This document shows, piece by piece, positions 1 to 7,043 of a stretch of DNA of 12,608 bases. The translations under genes were made by a program, and so were the position numbers. This DNA comes from Candidatus Bipolaricaulia bacterium. Lineage in GTDB: Bacteria > Bipolaricaulota > Bipolaricaulia > JBHIAT01. The number at the start of each line of letters is the position of its first letter. Position 1 is the stretch's first letter. Where the stretch lies: positions 1 through 12,608 of the forward strand of contig JBHIAT010000107.1 of NCBI GenBank assembly GCA_046758705.1, written 5' to 3'. The notes under the pieces were generated by a model. That model did no database searches. It was not told where the DNA came from and saw only the letters and a program-made list of their open reading frames with translations.

Positions 1-2
1 CG

Positions 3-110
3 GTCATTGATAGACGCTATCCGTTGGAACAGATTGCCGAGGCTCACCGGTATGTTGAAAAAGGGCACGCCAAAGGAAAGGTGGTAATAACCGTGGAACA
101 TAATAACTAA
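3..110 (+). CDS. 3' end (partial) of MDR-family NAD(P)-dependent alcohol dehydrogenase/quinone oxidoreductase; gene cassette
   Basis: Manual translation from base 3 gives [35 protein letters not shown], the typical C-terminus of MDR/ADH_zinc_N_2 proteins. The stop TAA (108-110) abuts the attC R'' box. Confidence 0.85.
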   Translation, partial: VIDRRYPLEQIAEAHRYVEKGHAKGKVVITVEHNN

Positions 111-182
111 ACCTAACAAAACGCTGCACCCGACCGCTATTCCGCTGCGCTTCATAGCGGCAGGTGAGCTTGGTCGTTAGGC
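111..182 (+). other. attC: attC recombination site 1 (72 bp)
   Basis: R'' ACCTAAC 111-117, 5-nt spacer, L'' GCTGCACC pairing with L' GGTGAGC (163-169) leaving one extrahelical G, central stem CCGCTAT/ATAGCGG, R' GTTAGGC 176-182. Confidence 0.93.
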
Positions 183-240
183 AACAGGTGCCACCTTGGA
201 GTTATGCATGGCGTTCATTCGCCCGTCAGGAGCGTGCCTC

Positions 241-1164
241 ATGTGCACCGTAACAGCACACGTCAGATGGATGTTCAGTCTCTTCGTGGCAACCTTCCTC
301 GCAGCGTCACCGGTCCTCGCACACCCCGGGTCGGGGATTGTGGTGGACCGTCAAGGTCAGGTGTATTTCGTGGACACCGGGATTGGTGTGTGGAAGATTG
401 ATCTTCGTGGCGTTCTAGTGCGACATGAGGGACCAGCCTATCACTGGATGACGATCGACCATGAAGGACGCTTCAGGCAGGAGCACGTGCCTCGGTTGCC
501 TCGCAGTGACGTTTCGGTAGTCGGCCCCGACCCCACACTTATTCTGTCAAGCGACTTTCCGTTGACGCTTGGGTCAGATGGCGCGCTCTACTATCCACAG
601 GTCGGCTTCTTCGGCCGCGTCCGCGTCATGCGTCTGGCTCCTTCCGCAGGCCGTGAGCTCTTCGCCGTTCTCCCGGCCGCAACAGAGGTCGGGCCTGGCG
701 GGCAAAGGGTGCAGGCCCAGTGGATCCACGGGCTCGCCGCCGGCCCTAACGGTTCTCTGTACTATGCTGAGAGGCACGCCGTTAGACGAATCGCACCCGA
801 CGGTACGGTTTCGCTTGTTGCGGGCAACATCACGGTTCCCGATTGTGTCCGTCCGCCAGCTGCGACTGAGGAACGCCTGGGGCCTGCGCTCCGTGGCCTG
901 GAAGTCGCATCTGACGGAACGATCTACGTTGCGGCCTCTGCCTGCAGCGCGCTTCTCAAGATTACACAGGAAGGCACGGTTTCCGTCGTACTGCGCGGAT
1001 CCGATGCCTGGTCGCCAATGGGTGTCGCACTGTCGGGCGACGACTTGTACGTGCTCGAGTACCGGTACATCGGAACCACCCAGCGAGAGGATTGGCTCCC
1101 GCGCGTCCGGAAGGTTTCGCCTGACGGGACAGTCACCGTGATTGCCACGGTGGAGCAGCGGTAG
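241..1164 (+). CDS. Secreted NHL/SMP-30-like beta-propeller protein (cassette 177-1258)
   Basis: AGGAG lies 8 nt before ATG 241. The N-terminus is signal-peptide-like (FSLFVATFLAASPVLA|HP). Blade motifs repeat: GIVVDRQGQVYFVD, GLAAGPNGSLYYAE, GLEVASDGTIYVA, GVALSGDDLYVLE. The ORF-track start at 196 lacks an RBS. Confidence 0.75.
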   Translation: MCTVTAHVRWMFSLFVATFLAASPVLAHPGSGIVVDRQGQVYFVDTGIGVWKIDLRGVLVRHEGPAYHWMTIDHEGRFRQEHVPRLPRSDVSVVGPDPTLILSSDFPLTLGSDGALYYPQVGFFGRVRVMRLAPSAGRELFAVLPAATEVGPGGQRVQAQWIHGLAAGPNGSLYYAERHAVRRIAPDGTVSLVAGNITVPDCVRPPAATEERLGPALRGLEVASDGTIYVAASACSALLKITQEGTVSVVLRGSDAWSPMGVALSGDDLYVLEYRYIGTTQREDWLPRVRKVSPDGTVTVIATVEQR

Positions 1165-1192
1165 TCGAAAAGGATTGCGCGCAATTCCTGCT

Positions 1193-1264
1193 GCCTAACC
1201 AGTGCATGCACCCCGACGGCGCACGCGCTCATGAGCGCCGCGGGTGATGCGCTATCCGTTAGCC
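1193..1264 (+). other. attC: attC recombination site 2 (72 bp)
   Basis: R'' GCCTAAC 1193-1199, GCATGCACCC pairing with GGGTGATGC (1242-1250) with an extrahelical G, central GGCGC/GCGCC stem, R' GTTAGCC 1258-1264. Confidence 0.92.
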
Positions 1265-1289
1265 AGCTTACGATGGGCTAGGTGATTAA

Positions 1290-1811
1290 ATGACCGGGCA
1301 AAATGCACGCGACTATCTCCAGCTTGTCGACAGATCCACACTTGGACGGAGGTATGATGTCACACCCGTATTTGGAGACTTCGATGCTTTCTCAGCCCTT
1401 CTCGATGATTCAATAGAGCTATGCCGAGAGATCGAGTTTGACACTGTGGCGGCAATCGATGCCCTGGGGTTCATACTTGGCGCGGGTATCGCAGTCAGAT
1501 CGGAGAAACCTCTTGTGCCTGTTCGAAAGGGCGGCAAGCTTCCTGTCGAGGTACATGAGGCGCAGTTCGTGGACTACACGGGCGACCAGAAGTCGCTGGA
1601 GATTCGAGTAGATGCATTAGACCCCTCGAATCGTGTGCTTCTAGTTGACGAGTGGGTCGAGACAGGAGCTCAAGTCAAAGCGGCAGTAAGCCTGATTGAG
1701 AGGCAAGGCGCGACAGTCGCTGGAGTCCTTGCGATCAATATCGATGACAGTGAGGCAGTTCGGCAACTTCGCGAGAAATATCCGATTCTGGCGATTTCCC
1801 AAGATCTCTAG
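1290..1811 (+). CDS. apt: Adenine phosphoribosyltransferase-like type I PRTase (cassette 1259-1908)
   Basis: Motifs YDVTPVF, AIDALGFILGA, PVRKGGKLP and the PRPP-binding loop VLLVDEWVETGAQ; AGGTGA upstream of the ATG. Confidence 0.82.
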   Translation: MTGQNARDYLQLVDRSTLGRRYDVTPVFGDFDAFSALLDDSIELCREIEFDTVAAIDALGFILGAGIAVRSEKPLVPVRKGGKLPVEVHEAQFVDYTGDQKSLEIRVDALDPSNRVLLVDEWVETGAQVKAAVSLIERQGATVAGVLAINIDDSEAVRQLREKYPILAISQDL

Positions 1812-1824
1812 CAATGAGCGAGCT

Positions 1825-1914
1825 GGCTAACCACTCGCTGGAGTGGACGCAGCCTCGGCGCGAATTCCTATGGACGGCAGTCTTGCTGCGCCGCTCAGCT
1901 CGCAGCCGTTAGCC
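1825..1914 (+). other. attC: attC recombination site 3 (90 bp), last recognisable attC of the array
   Basis: R'' GGCTAAC 1825-1831, spacer CACTC, L'' GCTGGAG pairing with CTCAGC with an extrahelical G, CGCAGC/GCTGCG stem, R' GTTAGCC 1908-1914. Confidence 0.9.
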
Positions 1915-2134
1915 CGCCGGACAACGAAGGCATCGTTACGAATGCCACATGCTCGCAGTACCGATGATAGAAGCTACGAGAGCGGTTGAGCATGTCGCGC
2001 AGCCGTTTATTTTCTTCCTCTAGCAGGGTATAGTAAACCTCTGATGTGAAATAGGACATTCTCGAAGAGTAAATGTCGACCGTATACAGCCAGAGGGTTT
2101 CGGCGTCTTCTTTCTCAATTATCACCGTGAGCAT
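1895..2134 (-). pseudogene. Possible gene fragment or small hypothetical protein running into attC3
   Basis: 79-aa ORF with protein-like composition and no RBS; its last codons are attC3 sequence. No family recognised. Confidence 0.3.
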
Positions 2135-2190
2135 CCGGGAGTTGGTCGCCTGGAACCCTGACGTGAGCCAATCTCATGCTCGTGATATAG

Positions 2191-3855
2191 TTACGTTAGG
2201 CGTGGCATCCAGATCTTTTTCGATTTGGCAACCTGAATCGCCTGTTCATACCCTGCGTCTGCATGTCGTACCACTCCCAGCCCTGGATCCACCGTCAAAA
2301 CCCGCTCCAGGCGCTTATCCGCTTCCTCTGTCCCGTCGCAGACGATCACCATCCCTGCGTGGAGGGACTTGCCGATGCCCACCCCGCCCCCGTGATGGAC
2401 GGAGACCCAGGTGGCCCCACCCACCGTGTTCAGCAACGCGTTAAGGATGGGCCAGTCGGCAATGGCGTCCGAGCCATCCTTCATCCCTTCGGTCTCCCGA
2501 TATGGTGAGGCTACCGACCCTGTGTCCAGGTGGTCTCGTCCGATCACAATGGGGGCTGAGATCTCGCCTTTACGGACCAGTTCGTTGAAGTAGAGCCCGG
2601 CTTGGACTCGCTCGCCGTAGCCCAGCCAGCAGATGCGCGCGGGCAGCCCCTGGAACGTGACTCGCTTCTGAGCTTGAGTGATCCACCGTTTCAGCGCCTC
2701 GTCTTGAGGGAAGAGCTCTAAGATGGCTTGATCCGTCCGGTAGATGTCCTCGGGATCACCCGAAAGGGCCGCCCAGCGGAACGGACCCTTACCTTCACAG
2801 AACATCGGGCGGATATAAGCCGGTACGAAGCCGGGAAACGCGCTCAACGCCCCCTGGAGTCCTCCCGTCTCGGCTTGACCTCTGAGGTTGTTGCCGTAGT
2901 CGAAGGCCACAGAGCCCATTTCTTGGAGCCGGATCATCGCCTCGGTGTGGCGGACCATCGACTCAAACGATCTTTTGATGTAACGATCCGGGTCGCGCTC
3001 GCGCAGCTCCACGGCCTGCTCATAAGAGAACTCAGCGGGAATGTAGCCGTTCAACTCGTCATGGGCAGCCGTCTGATCCGTGACGATATCAGGCACCACA
3101 CCGCGCTTCACCAGCTCGGGATAGACGTCTGCGGCATTGCCCAGCAGTCCCACGGAGATGGGCTTCTTTCCTGCTTTATGCTCCTGCACGATCTCCAAGG
3201 CTTCATCCAAATCGGCCGTCCAGGTGTCCAGATACTTTGTATTGAGTCGGCGCTGGATCTTCTCCGGATTGATTTCGACGATCAGGCCGCTGCCCTCGTT
3301 CATGGTGATCGCCAGCGGTTGAGCCCCGCCCATTTCCCCCAGGCCGGCGGTGAGAACAAACCGGCCGTTGAGGGAACCACCGAAGTGCTGACGGGCGACC
3401 TCCGCCAGCGTCTCATAGGTGCCCTGCAAGATGCCCTGGGTACCGATATAGATCCAGGAACCAGCCGTCATCTGGCCGAACATCGTCAACCCCAGTTGCT
3501 CCAGCTCTCTAAATTTCTCCCAGGTGGCCCACTCCGGCACGAGGAGGCTGTTGGCGATCAGGACCCGGGGCGCGTCCTCGTGTGTCTTGAAGACGGCGAC
3601 GGGTTTTCCAGACTGGACGATCAGTGTGTCGTCCGTGTCCATCTGCTTTAAGGTGCTGACGATCGCCTGGAAATCCTCCCAGGAGCGGGCGGCCTTGCCG
3701 GTGCCGCCGTAGACAATAAGGTTTGCCGGATCGCCGGCGACATCGGGGTCGAGGTTGTTCATAAGCATGCGCAGTGGGGCTTCCAGGAGCCAGCTCTTGC
3801 AGCTGATCTGTGTGCCTCGCGGCGCACGCACCACCGTTTTCAAGCTGTCGCTCAT
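2191..3855 (-). CDS. hutU: Urocanate hydratase
   Basis: Signature motifs [61 protein letters not shown] 3855 follows GAGGGTGA; the ORF-track GTG at 3864 lies inside that SD. Confidence 0.97.
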   Translation of the reverse strand: MSDSLKTVVRAPRGTQISCKSWLLEAPLRMLMNNLDPDVAGDPANLIVYGGTGKAARSWEDFQAIVSTLKQMDTDDTLIVQSGKPVAVFKTHEDAPRVLIANSLLVPEWATWEKFRELEQLGLTMFGQMTAGSWIYIGTQGILQGTYETLAEVARQHFGGSLNGRFVLTAGLGEMGGAQPLAITMNEGSGLIVEINPEKIQRRLNTKYLDTWTADLDEALEIVQEHKAGKKPISVGLLGNAADVYPELVKRGVVPDIVTDQTAAHDELNGYIPAEFSYEQAVELRERDPDRYIKRSFESMVRHTEAMIRLQEMGSVAFDYGNNLRGQAETGGLQGALSAFPGFVPAYIRPMFCEGKGPFRWAALSGDPEDIYRTDQAILELFPQDEALKRWITQAQKRVTFQGLPARICWLGYGERVQAGLYFNELVRKGEISAPIVIGRDHLDTGSVASPYRETEGMKDGSDAIADWPILNALLNTVGGATWVSVHHGGGVGIGKSLHAGMVIVCDGTEEADKRLERVLTVDPGLGVVRHADAGYEQAIQVAKSKKIWMPRLT

Positions 3856-3898
3856 CGTACTCACCCTCTTTGATTATTCCGAGAGCTTAAGTGTTCTA

Positions 3899-4714
3899 TC
3901 AACTCAACCGTTCCAACAGCGCTTTGCAAGCGAGAATGCCCTCGTACTCCGTCAGCCGATCGCCTTCGTACTCGATGCCGATATAGCCGTGATAGCCGAC
4001 CTCGTCCACGACGATCTTCATCATGCGCTCGTAATCGATCGTGGTCTCGTTGCCGTTCGCGTCGAAGTCATGGCACTTCGCGCTCACCGCCTTGGCATAT
4101 GGCATCATCCGACGGACGACGTCGTATCGGTCGACCCCTTCCGGGAGATTTCCGAAGTCCGGCAACGTGCCCAGATGTGGTGAGCCAACCCTATCGATGA
4201 CCTGCCGAACCACCTCGGGATCTGAAGATAAACCGCCGTGGTTCTCGATGAGGGTGTCAATATCGTGGGTAGCGCCGTACTCCACGAGTGCTGAAAAACC
4301 CTCCACGGAGCGCGCGATGAACTCATGGGGATCATCAATGTCCTGTGGCTCTTCACCGTACAGGTTAACGCGGATCGAGTGACAGCCGAGCTCGACGGCG
4401 ATATCGATCCACTTGTGATGGTTACGCACCGTTTTGGTCCGTTCAGCTTTGTCACGACCTCCCATGCTCCCTTCACCATCACACATGACCAACAGGATCT
4501 TCACACCGTGATCTTCGGCATTTTGCTGTAGTTGCTGGATATACGCATCGGTCGGGGCGGCAAACAGGGTGTTCACCAGCTCGATCGCTTCGATGCCAAA
4601 CGTTTGGCGGGCGACCCTGGGAAAATCCAACAGGGTGATCAGGTTGGAACGGATGGCCCGATGAAGAGACCATGCGGCTAACGAGATTTTGAAATCTCTG
4701 CGGGCAGCATTCAT
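3899..4714 (-). CDS. Sugar phosphate isomerase/epimerase family protein (xylose isomerase-like TIM barrel, AP_endonuc_2)
   Basis: Motifs KISLAAWSLHR, IENHGGLS, GTLPDFGN, AVSAKCHDF, GYIGIEYEG. The SD AAGGAGG overlaps the 3' end of the upstream gene. Confidence 0.9.
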   Translation of the reverse strand: MNAARRDFKISLAAWSLHRAIRSNLITLLDFPRVARQTFGIEAIELVNTLFAAPTDAYIQQLQQNAEDHGVKILLVMCDGEGSMGGRDKAERTKTVRNHHKWIDIAVELGCHSIRVNLYGEEPQDIDDPHEFIARSVEGFSALVEYGATHDIDTLIENHGGLSSDPEVVRQVIDRVGSPHLGTLPDFGNLPEGVDRYDVVRRMMPYAKAVSAKCHDFDANGNETTIDYERMMKIVVDEVGYHGYIGIEYEGDRLTEYEGILACKALLERLS

Positions 4715-4721
4715 GTTGACA

Positions 4722-5372
4722 TCACCCTCCTTTATTCTCTACCTGCTGTACCTCGATTACAGCCCAGATATGCTTACAGCGCATTCCGATCTTCTCGCAC
4801 CTCGTCTTGAAATCGGGACATGTGCAGCTGTTTGCTTCCAAGTCGACCTCGTACTCCTGCTCCTGGGTTCCCTTGACGATATACTGGCCATCCCCAACCC
4901 TGGTGATCGCATCGCGGGGAATCTTGCGCGCCCGCTCTCTCCGCTCAGCTTCAAAGCTTTCAACAAAGAACCTGCGGCTGAGCGCGTCGGCCTCACCGTT
5001 CTTGTCTCCCGGGATCCACTGGAATTGGATCGATCTGAACCCCCGGGCAAGCTTTTGAGCCTTGAATGCCCATCGTTTGTAGAGACCTTGTCTGATCTCC
5101 CACTGACCCTGCATCTGACTGATCACTAACTTTGAATCACCCCGCACCAGGATCGGGTGGTCCGTGTATCCATGCTCCAAAAGCCACTCCAATGCCGCGA
5201 GCAAAGCGCGATACTCGGCCACATTGTTCGACATTTGTGGGCCGCTGCCCACCACGCTGCCATCCCGATGCAACGGTTTATCAACTTGATAGATGACGAA
5301 CCCATAAGTCGCTGTCCCACCGGGGTTGATCGGTTCACAAGCCCCATCGAAATAAACGGTGAGTTGCTCCAT
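4722..5372 (-). CDS. rnhA: Ribonuclease HI-like domain fused to a C-terminal SWIM zinc finger
   Basis: RNase HI motifs VYFDGACEPINPG, SNNVAEYRAL, VRGDSKLVISQM, WIPGDKNGEADALS. The C-terminal YEVDLEANSCTCPDF...RCKHIWAV fits the SWIM CxC-xn-CxH pattern. Confidence 0.88.
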   Translation of the reverse strand: MEQLTVYFDGACEPINPGGTATYGFVIYQVDKPLHRDGSVVGSGPQMSNNVAEYRALLAALEWLLEHGYTDHPILVRGDSKLVISQMQGQWEIRQGLYKRWAFKAQKLARGFRSIQFQWIPGDKNGEADALSRRFFVESFEAERRERARKIPRDAITRVGDGQYIVKGTQEQEYEVDLEANSCTCPDFKTRCEKIGMRCKHIWAVIEVQQVENKGG

Positions 5373-5401
5373 AGAAAATCGGCCACGGGGACTCGCCTCG
5401 G

Positions 5402-5440
5402 TTAGAAGGCGAGGGGAATTGGCCGCAAGCGCGTCAGCAC
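5402..5440 (-). promoter_or_regulatory. Candidate leader peptide (uORF) MLTRLRPIPLAF overlapping a hairpin upstream of rnhA
   Basis: Perfect SD GGAGGTGA ends 7 nt before GTG 5440. The TAA (5402-5404) lies in the loop of the CTCGCCT/AGGCGAG stem (5392-5413), with outer GGCCA/TGGCC (5381-5424). Confidence 0.45.
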
Positions 5441-5796
5441 TTGGTTCTCACCTCCCCGATTGTGTCTGCTTACATCATGAAGGTCAACAAGACTCGCTAT
5501 GCAGTCTACAATCAACTATTATTGTCTGGCATGGATATCTAAATATCAATATCGCAAGCCTGTTCTCGTCGACCCCGTCCCCCTGTTCGTTTCCACCCCG
5601 TCTCCGGCTTGGTTCACCAACCCGTTTAAGGGACCGACGCCCCGGTGGCTTCGCTAGTGGCTTCCTCCTCGTAGGCCTTGAGCGCCAGGTAGGTGTACCG
5701 TGGAGAGAGATGGATACCTAACGATATAACAACGGGAGCTTCAGGTAAATAGGGCATTAGGAACCAGTGGTGGGTAATAGAGAGCCCTTTGCGGTG

Positions 5797-5840
5797 TCAG
5801 GACTGTGGGGTTTATGATGGTGATAAAGACACAGTCCTGA
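5797..5840. promoter_or_regulatory. 11-bp perfect inverted repeat (operator or 5'-UTR hairpin) directly before the RBS of LysM gene 1
   Basis: TCAGGACTGTG (5797-5807) / CACAGTCCTGA (5830-5840), inner TTTAT/ATAAA; GGAGG follows at 5841. Confidence 0.55.
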
Positions 5841-5855
5841 GGAGGAGAGGCTGTA

Positions 5856-6842
5856 ATGAACAGAACGGCGCTTTCTTGGGTGCTGGTGATGGTAGTGGTT
5901 TTAACAGGCGTAGTTGCTGCATATGCAGGTCAAGAGCAATCCACGACCTATCAGGTACAAGAGGGGGATTCTCTGTGGAAGATTGCTGAGCGGTTCTACG
6001 GGGATGGAACAAAGTGGACGGTGATCGCTGAAGCCAATGGGATCGATGTGAAAAATCCCAGACCTCTTCAAATCGGGGAGTGGTTAAGCATCTTCGTTAC
6101 CTTACAAGCTGAGCAGGCTTTCCAGGACTACGTAGTCCGTATCTATCGGCATCTGGACTCAGGCGAGGAGTCCTTCGTGGTATTGAGGAACGGCCATCGA
6201 GTCTATTCAAGCCAAGCAGGCCGATTTATTTATGAGGATGAGAAGCAGGCTAGCCTGGTCCCAATGGGCAAGGACATCACCGGGAACGGAGTGCCCAATT
6301 TAGTCATGTGGGAATGGACAGGTGGGGCCCACTGCTGCTTCATCTCCCATGTCTTCGAGATCGGCAAGAAGTTTCGCGCAATCGAAAAGATTTTTGCTGG
6401 ACACACTGATCCCTTAGGGGAACGAGTCGGCTTTATGGACCTTGATGGAGATTCGAATCTGGAGTTTGTCATGTATGACTGGACGTTCGCTTACTGGCGG
6501 GCCGGCTTCGCCGAATCTCCGGCACCGAAAGTGATTCTTCGCTCCCGTGACGGAGCCTATCGGCTGGCGGGTGATCTGATGCGTAAACCTGCTCCGGATA
6601 TCACACAACTGGAGGAACGCGCCCAACAGATTCGGGAAACGTGGAAGACGGTGGGTCCCCCTAGCGATCTTTGGGGCTACATGCTCGATCTGGTCTACAC
6701 CGGCCACGCTGACCTAGCTTGGCTATTCTTTGAGATGGCATGGCCGCCAGGTTTCCCAGGGAAGGAAGAGTTTCTCAGCGACTTTCGTGCCAAACTTTCT
6801 GAAAGCCCATATTGGCCAGAAATACAAGCATTGGGAGATTAA
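5856..6842 (+). CDS. Secreted LysM-domain protein with uncharacterised C-terminal domain
   Basis: Signal peptide (…VVAAYA), LysM TYQVQEGDSLWKIAERFYGDGTKWTVIAEANGI, then a domain with DITGNGVPNL, TGGAHCC and DLDGDSNLEF (Ca-binding-loop-like) motifs; strong SD. Confidence 0.85.
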   Translation: MNRTALSWVLVMVVVLTGVVAAYAGQEQSTTYQVQEGDSLWKIAERFYGDGTKWTVIAEANGIDVKNPRPLQIGEWLSIFVTLQAEQAFQDYVVRIYRHLDSGEESFVVLRNGHRVYSSQAGRFIYEDEKQASLVPMGKDITGNGVPNLVMWEWTGGAHCCFISHVFEIGKKFRAIEKIFAGHTDPLGERVGFMDLDGDSNLEFVMYDWTFAYWRAGFAESPAPKVILRSRDGAYRLAGDLMRKPAPDITQLEERAQQIRETWKTVGPPSDLWGYMLDLVYTGHADLAWLFFEMAWPPGFPGKEEFLSDFRAKLSESPYWPEIQALGD

Positions 6843-7043
6843 CCAGTTTCAGCATCCCGTCGTCGAGCTCTAACTTGAGTTTCATCTATGAGACTGGGAC
6901 GGTGATTATCTATGACCTGTCCTAAATCGTTCCGCTCTCCTTCTCTGCACCTGGTACCCGCCCCAACTTCATTGAACATCAACCGCTCGCGCTTCCAACT
7001 TCTCAATGTTAGGTGGACCAAATAACCTCTTCCGTTCCTTCGG

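Larger units (their letters stand above)
1..1914 (+). mobile_element. Integron gene-cassette array, distal end, at least 3 cassettes; no intI in window (CALIN or integrase further left)
   Basis: Three co-oriented single-gene units are each followed by a canonical attC site, with short promoterless spacers. Confidence 0.9.

Noticed and set aside
2195-2201. GTTAGGC / GCCTAAC core overlapping the hutU stop region, as a possible fourth attC
   Set aside because: There is no partner R box or L-box pairing at a suitable distance on either strand; it is explained by hutU codons.
2728-3651. 307-aa plus-strand ORF, and other long antisense ORFs such as 3755-4183, 7892-8434 and 8431-8880
   Set aside because: These are shadow ORFs opposite well-supported GC-rich genes and have no recognisable motifs.
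5401-5407. GTTAGAA in a hairpin loop, as an att core
   Set aside because: It does not fit GTTRRRY, lies in the loop rather than at the end of a stem, and has no R''/L boxes.
5575-5795. Possible riboswitch (for example c-di-AMP ydaO) upstream of the LysM gene
   Set aside because: The conserved GCTGAATCC…GGAACC…GGGGTGAAT-type segments could not be found in order; part of the region looks like a coding relic instead. An Rfam scan would settle it.
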